Assembly: GCA_030390025.1 (NCBI GenBank)
Contig: CM059432.1
Location: 30,940,001 to 31,004,000, forward strand
Direction: 5' to 3'
Source of the DNA: Squalus acanthias
Lineage: Eukaryota
DNA: 64,000 nt
Shown here: positions 24,291 to 35,349 of the stretch, one piece after another
Layout of the letters: the number at the start of each line of letters is the position of its first letter
How positions within the stretch are numbered: the first letter of the stretch is position 1
Notes under the pieces: generated by a model
Told to the model about the DNA's origin: nothing
Database searches by the model: none
The model's input: only the letters and a program-made list of their open reading frames with translations
Program-made: the position numbers and the translations under genes

Positions 24291-24911
24291 TTTTTCTTTC
24301 TTTATTCAGATCACATTCTTTCCATCATGAGCACTGATGAAACTTTCTCAGAGGGCAACTGTTGGTAACTCAGCATTTGGAGTCACAACACACATTCTGG
24401 GACCCACACTCCCCTGCTTAACTGTCTTAGTCATGATAAAATGGATCCATTGTCTCTTCCATATTCTGGTGAAGCAGCATTATGCTGTAGGTATGAGTGT
24501 TGAGAATTCTTTATAGCTCTTTCCTACTGCGATGCAGCAGTATGGCACTTTTCTGCTCAATGGTAGTAATGATAAAACTCTCTCTAGTCCCTGTAGCGAC
24601 TTCGGGCAGTGCATTGCAACTAAGGCCAGGTTACAATGTGCATTAATACAGGCAGCAGAGATATCATGATGCATAATAGACTTATATCGCTAGAAATTCC
24701 CTCAGGGGTTCTCCTCATCGGCCATCTTAACTTTGTCAGAAACTCCAGATACACCACGGAAACATGGTTTCGACTGATATTTCGCTGAAGTCAGAGCAGC
24801 AAATTGAGAGAGCCCCCAAGGAAATATTCCAATTCCGAAAAATCATGTTGTTGATTGTCCATGGAGATTCTCCCATTTACACCATTTCTCCAGGCTTTCT
24901 GAGGATCTTCA

Positions 24912-27900
24912 AACAGCAACTTGCATTTATATAGCGCTTTTAACATAGTAAAACATCCCAGTGTGCTTCATAGGAGTGTAATCAGATGAAAATTGACACG
25001 AAGCCAAAGAAGGAAATATTTGCCTTCTCCCAGTGGCTGAAGAGCTCCTCCCAGAATCGCAATGCGGATTCTGCCAATTAAGGGGCACAATGGACATGAT
25101 CTTCACTGCGCGTCAATTATAAGAGAAATGCAGGGAACAGCACCAACCGCTGTACATGGTCTTCTTTGACCTCACAAAGGCCTTCGACACTGTCAACCTT
25201 GAGGGATTATGGAGTGTCCTCCTCAAATTCGGCTGCCCTCAACAGTTTGTCACCATCCTCCGCCTGCTTCACGACGACATGCAAGCCGTGATCCTGACCA
25301 ACGGTTCCACCACAGACCCAATTCACGTACAGACCGGGGTCAAGCAAGGCTGTGTCATCGCACCAACGCTCTTCTCGATCTTCCTTGCTGCAATGCTCCA
25401 TCTCACCCTCAGTAAGCTCCCTGCTGGAGTGGAGCTAATTTACAGAACAAACAGGAAACTGTTCAACCTCCATCGCCTTCAGTCCAGATCCACGGACGTC
25501 CCATCCTCTGTCGTCGAATTACAGTATGCAGATGACGCTTGCGTCTGCGCACACTCAGAGGTTGAACTCCAAACCATCATCAACACCTTCACCGAAGCGT
25601 ACGAGAGCATGGGCCTTACACTAAACATCCGTAAGACAAAAGTCCTCTACCAACCTGCCCCCACCATACAGTACTGCCCCCCGATGATCAAAATCCACGA
25701 CAAGGCCTTGGACAACGTGGACCACTTTACATACCTCGGGAGCCTACTGTCAACAAGAGCAGACGTCGATGACGAAGTCCAACACCGCCTTCAGTGTGCC
25801 AGTGCAGCCTTCCGTCACCTGAGGAAGAGTGTGTTTGAAGACCAGGACCTCAAACTCGGCACCAAGCTCATGGTCTACAGAGCAGCAGTGATATCCGCCC
25901 TCCTGTATGCCTCAGAGACATGGACCATATAAAGCAGGCACCTCAAAGCACTGGAGAGGTACCACCAATGCTGCCTCCGCAAGATCCTGCAAATCCATTG
26001 GCAGGATAGGCGCACCAACGTAAGTATTCTCACTCAGGCCAACATCCCCAACATCGAAGCTTTGACCACGCTCGATCAGCTCCGATGGACGGGTCACATC
26101 GTCCGCATATCCGATTCAAGACTCCCAAAACAAGCGCTCCGACACGGCAAGAGAGCCCCAGGTGGGCAGAGGAAACGTTTCAAGGACACCATCAAATCCT
26201 CCTTGAAAAAGTGCAACATCCCCACCGACACCTGGGAATCCCTGGCCCAAGACCGCACAAAGTGGAGGAGAAGCATCCAGGAAGGCGCCGAACACCTCGA
26301 GTCTCTTCGCCGGGAGCAAACGGAAGCCAAGCTCAAGCAGCGCAAGGAGCGCACGTCAACCCAAGCACCCCTCCACCCGCCCCTTCAACCACCCTCTGCC
26401 CCACCTGTGACAGAGACTGTAGGTCCCGCATTGGACTCATCAGTCACCTGAGAACTTATTTTTAATGTGGAAGCAAGTCATCCTCGGTTCCGAGGGACTG
26501 CCTCAGAAGAATCAGATGAAAATTGTCACTAAGTCAAAGAAGGAAATATTAGGATAGATGTCTAAAAACTTAGTCAAAGAGGTAGGTTTTAAGGAGCATT
26601 TTAAAGAGGAGAGAGAGTTGGAGAGGTGGAGAAGTTTAGGGAGGGCATTCCAGAGCTTAGGGCTTTGACGGCTGAAGGCACCGCTGCCAATGATAAAGCG
26701 AAGGGAGTAGGGGATGCACAAGAGGCAAGAGTTGGAGGAACGCAGAATTCTTGGAGGATTATAAGGCTGGAGGGGGTTACAGAGAAAAGAAGGGGTGGGG
26801 TCATGGAGGGATTTTAACTCAAGGATGAGAATTTTAAAATCGAGGTGTTAGTGGACCAATACTGAGCACAGGGTGAAGGAGACTTTTTTGGGGTTAGGAT
26901 ACGGATGGCAGATTTTAAGATAAGCTCAAGTTTATGGAGGGTGAAAGATGAGAGATTGGCCAGGAGAGCATTGGAACAGTTTAGTTTGGAGGTAACAAAA
27001 ACATGGATAAGGGTTTCAACAGCAGATAAGTTGAGGCAGGGGCAGAGACAGAGGTGGAAGTAGGTGATCTTTGTGATGGAGAGGATATGGGGTCGGCAGC
27101 TCAACTCAGCGTCAAGTAAGGCGCTGAATTTACGAACAGTCTGGTTCAGCCTCAGGCTGTGGCCAAGGAGGGGGTTGGAATTGGTAGTGAAGGAACAGAG
27201 TTTGTGGCTGGGGCTGAAGACAATTGCTTCGGTCTTCCAAATGTCAAATTGGAGGAAGTCACGGCTCATCAAATGTCAGGTAAGCAGTCTGACAACAAAG
27301 AAGCATTGGATTAGGTCGAGAGAGGTGGTGGTGAAGTAGACCTGAGTGTCGGCAGGGTATATGTGGAACCTGACGTCATGTCTTCAGATGAGGTTACCTA
27401 GGGGTAGCATGTAGATGAGAAATAGGAGGGAGCAAAAGTTACATCCTTGGGGGACTCCAGAAGTAATTGTGAAGGGGGCGAGAAGAGAAACCATTGCAAG
27501 AGTTATTCTGGATACGACTGGATAGGTAAGATTGGAACCAGACAATGACAGTCACACTCAGCTGGACAACAGAGGAGAGGTGTTGGAGGAGGTTGATGTG
27601 GTAAACCTAGTCAAAGGCTGCATTGTGGTTGAGAAGGATGAGATGGACTGTTCACCACAGTCAGATAGGATATCGTTTGTTTCAGTGCTGTGGCAGGAGT
27701 CGGACACCTGAGTACAGAGGTTCAAAAATGGAGTGTGAGAAAGATGGGCACGGATTTAGGAGGTGACAACACATTCAAGAACTTTGGATAGGAAGGGGAG
27801 GTTGGAGATTAGGTGCTAATTTTCAAGGACAGGCGTCAAGTGTGGGTTTTTTGAGGAGAGTCGATGATGGCAGATTTGAAAGGAAGAGGACAGTATCTGA

Positions 27901-28100
27901 GGAGAGGGAGCGGTTTACAATATCAGCTAGTATGATGGCCAGGAAATTAACTGGTGTGGTCAGCAGTGCAGTCGGAATAGGTACGAGCAAGCAGGAGCTG
28001 GATCTCATGGACAAGATGAGCTCGGAGTGGGCATGAGATGAGCTAGGAGAGCAATTTGAGAAAGATGCAAGTTCAGGCCTAGGGCAGCAGGGAACCTAGG
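24912..28100 (-). mobile_element. Degenerate L2 LINE split by an RTE insertion
   Basis: 3' end CAACTTGCATTTATATAGCGC at ~24917; resumes at 26510; ETLIHVFVTSKLNCSNALLA and LKKPTLD motifs. Confidence 0.85.
25021..26509 (+). mobile_element. 5'-truncated RTE LINE
   Basis: FFDLTKAFDTV..GVKQGCVIAPTLF..LQYADD..YLGS; C-terminal CPTC..HLRT; AAG tail; 41-bp flanking duplication. Confidence 0.95.
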
Positions 28101-28769
28101 GTCATGGCCAAAGTAAAGTCCCAAGTTCCAGGTTTGGAGAAAGTGCTACAAGCAAATTAAGTGATGGGTATAAGAATTCATACATGCCAACCATGTGAAC
28201 TAACAAACGCTGAGCAATAGCTTCAAAAAAGCTCAAAAGGCCCCCTAAATGCTGACATCTCTGAAACTGCACTGAATATAAGGCTTTGACATTTGAAAGC
28301 AAGTAATGACACTGAAAGTGCAATGGGACACTGGCTTGTAACTTAACCTGGGTATACCTGACATTCTTTCACTTGTACTGGAGAAATGAAACTGTGTTGT
28401 ATGCATTACCCCAGATGAATCATAAAGGGAGACGCAAGTGTTGAGGACACAAGGAGGGCAATTTTTGGTTCCTAACCAGCTCATTTGCACACAAAAAGGG
28501 GCAGTAATGGATGGAAAATAAACTGTTTGTTCTTATTACTACTTTTACAGCTGGTCAGATTTCCTCTGAGGAGTACTGCATAAGGAGGCTTCAGTTCTCT
28601 AGAGAGGCAGTGACAGAATTGTGTCGGATCCAGCAAGAAGACCCGTAGCCAACTGTTGCATTGCCTGTTGTCAAGGTCAGTGCAATCCTGAACTTCTTTA
28701 CCTCTGGCTCCTTCCAGGCTGCGACAGGGGATATGAGCAACATCTGTCAGTCTGCACTCCATGCTTATA

Positions 28770-29432
28770 AAACATAAAAATTAGGAGCAGGAGTAGGCCA
28801 TACGGCCCTTTGAGCCTGCTCCGCCATTCAATAAGCTCATGGCTGATCATTGACCTCAACTCCACTTTCCCACCTGATCCCCATATCCCTTGATTCCCCT
28901 AGAGTCCAAAAATCTATCTATCTCAGCCTTGAATATGCTCAACGACTCAGCATCCACAGCCCTTTGGGGTAGAGAATTCTAAAGATTCACAATCCTCTGA
29001 GTGAAGAAATTCCTCCTCATCTCAGTCTTAAATGGCAGACCCCTTATCCTGAGACTATGACCCCTAGTACTAGACTCTCCAGCCAGGGAAATAACCCCTC
29101 AGCATTTACCCTGTCAATCCCCCACAGAATCTTACATGTTTCAATGAGATCACCTTTCATTCCTCTAAACTCCAGAGAGTATAGGCATAATCTAATCAAT
29201 CTCTCCTCATAGGACAACCTGCTCATCCCAGGGATCAATCTAGTGAACCTTTATTGCACTGCCTCTAAGGCAAGTATGTCCTTCCTCAGATAAGGAGACC
29301 AAAACTGTACACAGTACTCCAGGTGTGGTCTTACCAAAGCCCTGTACAATTGTAGTAAGACTTCCTTATTCCAACCCCTTGCTATAAAGGCCAACATGCC
29401 AATTGCCTTCCTAATTGCTTGCTGTACCTGCA
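28770..29432 (-). mobile_element. CR1 3' fragment
   Basis: LYRALVRPHLEYCVQFWSP...LYSLEFR plus 3'UTR. Confidence 0.9.
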
Positions 29433-29956
29433 TCCTAGATGGAAGGTGAAGTAGAGATGGCAGAAGCGATCTGTCAATGGTGGCAGAGGTAATGAGGTCA
29501 GACTGGATGGAGACTTGTGTAAAGACTTGCCGCATTCTGAATCTGTAGTGGAAATGCAGTTTAGAGAAGCTAGTGGCTAAGGGAACATTTCTCAATCAGC
29601 TGGGAGCTTTGACTTGACATTTGAAGCTGTCAATTCATCAGCTGATTCTATGGCCACTGACCTCCCGCCTTAGCTTCACAGACGAGGTCTAGGCACAGTG
29701 GGAAACCGGTGGGTGATCTGTCAAATTCAAAAAGCTCAGAAAAAACCATTGTTAAGTGGCTGTAAACAAGCGACTAATGATTTTAATTGCCTCCCCCACC
29801 TCTGCGTGTTGTGTCTGCTCACCGCTGACAGACCCAACATTTGGTCAAGGTGCATGGTGGCGGGTTCACAGCAGGGTCCTGACCCACTGTGAAAAAAAAC
29901 TTTCCCAACCGACCCACCACCGATCGCGCCCGCTGATCCCCCGCAAAATCCTGCCC
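29433..29956. mobile_element. Harbinger terminal fragment related to 4217-5851 and 50085-51470
   Basis: Shares AGATGGCAGAAG.GATCTGTCAATGG with ~5350 and a long block with 51135-51470; ends AAAATCCTGCCC. Confidence 0.7.
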
Positions 29957-31212
29957 AACGCTCAGCATCCACAGCCCTCTGGGGTAGAGAATTGTAAAGA
30001 TTTACAACCGTCTGAGTGAAGAAATTCCTCCACATCTCAGTCTTAATTGGCCAACCCCTTATCCTGAGACTGCCCCCTAGTTCTAGACTGTCCAGCCAGG
30101 GAAACAAACTCTCAGCATCTACCCTGCCAATCCCCCTCAGAATCTTATATGTTTCAATGACATCACCTCTCATTCTTCTAAACTTCAAGAGAGTATAGAC
30201 CTAATCTATTCAATCTCTCCTCATAGGACAACCCTCTCATCCCAGGAACAAATCTAGTGAACCTTTGTTGCACTGCCTCTAAGGCATGTATGTCCTTCCT
30301 CAGATAAGGAGACCAAAACTCCAGGTGTGATCTCACCAAAGCCCTGTACAATTATAGTAAGACTTCCTTACTCTTGTACTCCAACCCCCTTGCAATAAAG
30401 CCAACATGCCATTTGCCTTCCTAAGTGCTTGCTGTGCCTGCATGTTAACTTTCTGTGTTTCCTGTACAAGGGCACCTTAATCTCTCTGAACATCAACATT
30501 TAATAGTTTCTCACCATTTAAAAAATATTGGCCCAGAAATTAGGCTCCCTGGCTTCCCGCGGGTGCAAGGATCCCGCGCGCACCTACCTACCGCGCCTGT
30601 CGTTGACCTCTGGGCCCACGGGGACTTCAGCTCCTGGGCTTCCTGCAGCTGCCGGCGCGCAGTGCTTGCGTATCCCAGGGGCGTAGTTAGTGCGATGCGT
30701 CCCCTGGGATCACGTGGGCCATGGAGAGCCAATGGCAGCAGACCATCTTTCATTCATAGATTTGACAGGAAGACCTGTCAAATGTATGAATTGAAATCGG
30801 CCCCAAAACAACACCTAAACTTCAAATAAATTTTTTTTAAAACCATCACATTTTTAAAATAACTATAAGTTAAATAAATTAACTACTTTAAACAAAAATT
30901 TTAATTTTTGACAAAATTAAAATACTTTTTAACAGTGCTAAAAATAAACTTACCTTTCTTTAAAGTATCTAAAAAAGATAAACCTGTTGAAATTTTTTTT
31001 AAATTGTAATTAATTAACCACTTACCTTGTTAAAAACGGGTCTTGCGCCTCCTTTTTAAAAGCGCAGCTTCTTCCATACTTACCTTCCCGGAGAAACCTG
31101 AAAAAAAACTAATACGATAGCAAAATACTGCGGATGCTGGAAATCTGAAATAACAACAGAAAACGCTGGAAAAACTCAGCAGGCCAGGCAGCATCTGTGG
31201 AGAGAGAAACAG

Positions 31213-31249
31213 AGTTAACGTTTCAGGTCGATGACCTTTCATCAGAACT
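31213..31249 (-). ncRNA. Minimal type I hammerhead ribozyme in the Penelope pLTR (element sense)
   Basis: rc: AGUU-CUGAUGA-A-AGGUC(AUC)GACCU-GAAA-CGUU-AACU. Confidence 0.85.
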
Positions 31250-31526
31250 GTGATGAGCCGGAAATCAAATAGATTTAAGGCCAGAGTAAAGCTGGGAAAA
31301 GGGGGAGGGGATAAAAGAACAAAGGGGGAGATGAAGAGACATTAAGAGACATTAAGAGATATGCAAGGCTAGAGGTGGTGTAAATGTGACAGATTAAGGC
31401 TGAAAGAAGTGTGAAATCCACTGGCAGAATGAAGGACAGCTGCCAGCTTCTAGGAGGAAAAAAAAGGTGGGGGGGGGCAAATAAAAGGGTGGAAAAAATA
31501 AAATATAAATATGATTGGAGCTGAGG

Positions 31527-33293
31527 TTATGATCTAAAATTGTTGAACTCGATATTGAGTCCAGAGGGCTGTAGCGTGCCTAAACGAAAGATGAGGTGCT
31601 GTTCCTCGAGCTTATGCTGCGCTTCCGTGGAACAGTGTAATAGGCCGAGGACGGTGAGGTCAGAGTGGGAGTGAAGCGGTGAATTAAAGTGACAGGCCAC
31701 CGGGAGCTCGGGGTCCCCCTTACGGACTGAACGGAGGTGTTCCGCAAAGCGGTCACCCAATCTGCGTTTGGTCTCCCCAATGTAGAGGAGACCACATCGT
31801 GAGCAGCGAATACAGTATACTAAATTGCAGGAAGTACAAGTAAATCGCTGTTTCACCTGGAAGGGGTGTTTGGGGCCCTGGACAGTGGGAAGAGGGGAGG
31901 TGTAAGGGCATGTGTAGCATCTCCTGCGCGTGCACGGGAAGGTGCCGGGCGAAGGGGAAGGGGTGCTGGGGGTGGTAGAGGAGTGGACTAGGGTGTCGCG
32001 GAGGGAGCGGTCCCTGCGGAATGCTGAAAGGGGAGGTGAGGGGAAGATGTGTTTGGTGGTGGGATCACGCTGGAGGTGGCGGAAATGGCGGAGGATGATC
32101 CGTTGAATGTGGAGGCTGGTGGGGTGAAAGGTGAGGACAAGGGGAACCCTATCGTGGTTCCGGGAGGGAGGGGCAGGGGCAGAAGTGTGGGAGATAGAAC
32201 GGACACGGTCGAGGGCCGTGTCGACCACGGTAGAGGGGAATCCTCGGTTGAGGAAAAAGGAAGACATGTCGGAAGCACTGGTATGGAAGGTGGCATCATC
32301 AGAGCAGATGCGGCGGAGACGGAGAAACTGGGAGAATGGAATAGAGTCCTTACAGGAGGCGGGGTGGGAGGAAGTGTAGTCCAGGTAGCTGTGGGAGTCA
32401 GTGGGCTTGTAGTGAATGTTAGTCAATAACCTATCCCCAGAGATGGAGATGGAGAAGTCGAGGAAGGGAAGGGAAGAGTCGGAGATGGACCATGTGAAGG
32501 TGAAGGAAGGGTGGAAATTGAAAGCATAGTGAATGAAATGTTCTAGTTCAGGGCGAGAGCAGGAGACGGCACCGATACAGTCATCAATGTACCGGAAAAA
32601 GAGGTGAGGGAGGGGACCCGAGTAGGACTGGAACAAAGAGTGTTCCACATATCCCACGAAAAGGCAGGCATAGCTAGGACCCATGCGGGTACCCATAGCA
32701 ACACCTTTAATTTGGAGGAAATGGGTAGAGTCAAAGGAGAAGTTGTTCAATGTGAGAACAAGTTCAGCCAGGCGGAGGAGGGTGGTGGTGGATGGGGACT
32801 GGTTGGGCCTCTGTTCAAGGAAGAAGCGGAGCGCCCTCAGGCCATCCTGGTGGGGAATGGAGGTGTAGAGGGATTGTACGTCCATAGTGAAGAGGAGACG
32901 GTTGGGGCCGGGAAACTGGAAACTGTTAAAATGGCGGAGGGCATCGGAAGAGTCGCGGATGTAGGTGGGAAGAGACTGGACAAGGGGAGAAAAAATAGAG
33001 TCGAGATAGGAAGAGATAAGTTCCGTGGGGCAAGAACAGGCTGAAACGATAGGTCTACCGGGGCAGTCCTGTTTGTGGATCTTGGGAAGGAGGTAGAAGC
33101 GGGCTGTGCGCGGTTGGGGAACTATGAGGTTGGCGGCCGTGGGGGGAAGATCTCCAGAGGAGATGAGGTCAGTGACGGTCTTGGACACGGTGGCTTGATG
33201 TTCAGTAGTGGGGTCATGGTCCAGGTGGAGGTAGGAGGAGGTGTCAGAGAGTTGGCGTTCAACTTCCGCTAGGTAGAGGTCGGTTCGCCAAAC
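31527..33293 (-). CDS. Penelope RT + GIY-YIG endonuclease, N-terminally truncated, no internal stops
   Basis: FYLLPKIHK..GRPIVS; TMDVQSLYT; QIKGVAMGTRMGPSYACLF; RYIDD; Cys linker CTRRRCYTC; LVYCIRC..CGLLYIGET..RF.EH. The first ~14 aa of the track ORF come from the inverted pLTR. Confidence 0.95.
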   Translation of the reverse strand, partial: VWRTDLYLAEVERQLSDTSSYLHLDHDPTTEHQATVSKTVTDLISSGDLPPTAANLIVPQPRTARFYLLPKIHKQDCPGRPIVSACSCPTELISSYLDSIFSPLVQSLPTYIRDSSDALRHFNSFQFPGPNRLLFTMDVQSLYTSIPHQDGLRALRFFLEQRPNQSPSTTTLLRLAELVLTLNNFSFDSTHFLQIKGVAMGTRMGPSYACLFVGYVEHSLFQSYSGPLPHLFFRYIDDCIGAVSCSRPELEHFIHYAFNFHPSFTFTWSISDSSLPFLDFSISISGDRLLTNIHYKPTDSHSYLDYTSSHPASCKDSIPFSQFLRLRRICSDDATFHTSASDMSSFFLNRGFPSTVVDTALDRVRSISHTSAPAPPSRNHDRVPLVLTFHPTSLHIQRIILRHFRHLQRDPTTKHIFPSPPLSAFRRDRSLRDTLVHSSTTPSTPSPSPGTFPCTRRRCYTCPYTSPLPTVQGPKHPFQVKQRFTCTSCNLVYCIRCSRCGLLYIGETKRRLGDRFAEHLRSVRKGDPELPVACHFNSPLHSHSDLTVLGLLHCSTEAQHKLEEQHLIFRLGTLQPSGLNIEFNNFRS

Positions 33294-33496
33294 AAGAAGC
33301 TGGCAGCTGTCCTTCATTCTGCCAGTGGATTTCACACTTCTTTCAGCCTTAATCTGTCACATTTACACCACCTCTAGCCTTGCATATCTCTTAATGTCTC
33401 TTAATGTCTCTTCATCTCCCCCTTTGTTCTTTTATCCCCTCCCCCTTTTCCCAGCTTTACTCTGGCCTTAAATCTATTTGATTTCCGGCTCTTCAC

Positions 33497-33533
33497 AGTT
33501 CTGATGAAAGGTCATCGACCTGAAACGTTAACT
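33497..33533 (+). ncRNA. Minimal type I hammerhead ribozyme in the inverted pLTR
   Basis: CUGAUGA 33501-33507; stem II AGGUC/GACCU; GAAA 33522-33525; palindromic ACGU; stem I AGUU/AACU. Confidence 0.85.
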
Positions 33534-33985
33534 CTCTTTCTCTCTCCACGGATGCTGCCTGGCCTGCTGAGTTTTTCCAACGTTTTCTGTTGTTATTTTT
33601 GAAAAAAAACTAAGTTCGCTGCGTGCGCGCAGCCTCTCCCGCACACGCGGTTCACCTCTCAACCCCTCCCTTCACGAGACCGGAAGTTCCGGTTTCCCGC
33701 GCATGCGCAGTGCATGCAGGAAACCGGCACTTCAGGAGGCCTTACGGGTGAGTACACAGCGCGTACTCACCTGGCAAGTGCCTGAATTTTTGGCCCATTC
33801 TGTTTTTCTATTCTTCCTAGCAAAGTGAATAACCTCACATTTCCCTACATTATACTTCATCTGCCACCTTATTGCCCACTCACTTAACCTGTCTATATCC
33901 CTTTGCAGGCTCTTTGTGTCCTCCTCACAGCTTACTGTCCCACCTAGCTTTGTATCATCAGCAAACTTGGATACATTACACTGTA

Positions 33986-34409
33986 TGGCATAGTGGTTAG
34001 CACTGGTGCCTCACAGCGCCAGAGACCCGGGTTCGAATCTGACCTCGGGTGACTGTCTGTGTGGAGTTTGCACATTCTCCCCGTGTCTGCGTGGGTTTCC
34101 TCCGGGTGCTCCGGTTTCCTCCCACAGTCCAAAAATGTGTGGGTTAGGTTGATTTGGCTATGATAAATTGACCCTTAGTGTTAGGGGGGATTAAATATGT
34201 GGGGTTATGGGGATAGGATGGGATATGTTAGGGGGAATTAAATACGTGGGGTTACGGGGGTAGGGTGGGATATGTGTACTGTGGGGATTAAAGCAGGGAC
34301 AGGGTACTGGATTTGGATGATCAGCCATGATCGTATTGAATGGCGGAGCAGGCTCGACGGGCCGAATGGCCTACTCCTGCTCCTAGATTCTATGTTTCTA
34401 TGTTTCTAT
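33986..34409 (+). mobile_element. HE1/V-SINE with internal duplication and CR1-derived tail
   Basis: A/B boxes, V-domain, (TTCTATGT)n tail; near-identical to 63569-64000. Confidence 0.9.
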
Positions 34410-34680
34410 ATTAAATAGGTGACTGATGCCTTCATCATTTTCCCCAAGAATATCCGGAAACAGCAGGATAAGGCTCTGGGGTTTGCACAGATTGCAGGAT
34501 TCCCTTAAGTCTGGGGTGTCATTAACCACACCCATGTCACCCTGTGGATTTTTGGAGAACCAATAGCAAACAGGGCAGGGAAAGGCAGTGCTAAGGGAAA
34601 GGCAGTGCTGAGGTAAAGATGGGTTCCTGCAGGGCTGTGCATGTAGTGTGAGACCTGTGAAAGTGAACTTTATCTCAGCA

Positions 34681-34906
34681 GATAAAAACAGAAAATGCTG
34701 GTAGTCAACAGGTCAGACAGCATCTGTGGAGAGAGAAACTGATTTAACGTTTCAGGTCGATGACCTTTTGTCAGAACTCTGATGAAAGGTCATTGACCTG
34801 AAACGTTAACTCGGTTTCTTTCCCCACAGATGCTGTCTGACCTGCTGAGTATTCCCAGCATTTTCTGTTTTTATTTCAGATTTCCAGCATCTGCAGTATT
34901 TTGCTC
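34681..34906 (+). mobile_element. Non-coding fold-back Penelope pLTR insertion with back-to-back hammerhead cores
   Basis: Arms ~34682-34774 / 34779-34875 homologous to the 31113 pLTR; ~30-nt tail; TSD TTATCTCAGCA / TTATCTTGGCA. Confidence 0.85.
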
Positions 34907-34917
34907 TTATCTTGGCA

Positions 34918-35140
34918 CTCCTGGTGAGATCATTAAATTTATTTCGGCATTCCAGTTGGGTCCTGTAGAAAATGTATATAGCATTCATGTGCTGTGCTAT
35001 GTCTTATCATGCTCCTTCATCAGTTTGCTGTGATACTCATCGACCGTTCTTGGGGAAGAGGATCTCCTTTCTGTTGTGAACCTGCTCCATCAGCATCTCC
35101 ATGGCTGCATCTGAAAACCTTAGGGCCTTTCTGGAACTTT
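34918..35140 (-). pseudogene. Harbinger Myb/SANT-like ORF remnant
   Basis: RKALRFSDAAMEMLMEQVHNRKEILFP / DIAQHMNA..RTQLECRNKFNDLTRSA, with frameshift and stops. Confidence 0.75.
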
Positions 35141-35349
35141 TCTTGCCCACAGGCATTTTTCAACAACTCCACAGTGTTGCTTTCCTGTTTTGGCTACAAA
35201 AAGAAGGCACTTTCCCTTTGAGCCATTGCTGGCCTTTATGAATCTGCAGCAGTGCCCGATTTCTCGCCTCCTAATTGGTGAGCAGCCTACGGGGAGCACA
35301 TCTCATACTGGCAGCTTGCCTCAACCATGGAAATGAGGGGCAACCCATA

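Larger units (their letters stand above)
31113..33599 (-). mobile_element. Penelope-like element (Neptune-type), 5'-truncated with an inverted pLTR
   Basis: 14-bp TSD TGAAAAAAAACTAA (31099-31112, 33600-33613); ~300-bp inverted repeats 31148-31451 / 33295-33598; ~35-nt tail 31113-31147. Confidence 0.95.
30530..33796. mobile_element. PIF/Harbinger MITE, family B (opposite orientation to 475-1218), containing the Penelope insertion
   Basis: TIRs GGCCCAGAAATTAGGC / rc GGGCCAAAAATTCAGGC; TSD ATT (30527-30529, 33797-33799). Confidence 0.88.
29957..33982 (-). mobile_element. CR1 3' fragment interrupted by a MITE + Penelope (pieces 29957-30529 and 33797-33982)
   Basis: FRRMRGDVIETYKIL; ECNVSKFADD at ~33955-33982; collinear across the ATT TSD. 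Confidence 0.85.

Noticed and set aside
24685..24835. Weak inverted-repeat remnant (similar at ~36520-36600)
   Set aside because: Too degenerate to define TIRs or a TSD.
28940..30445. Apparent local duplication (28940-29430 vs 29957-30445)
   Set aside because: Two separate CR1 3' fragments with independent indels; no shared unique flank.
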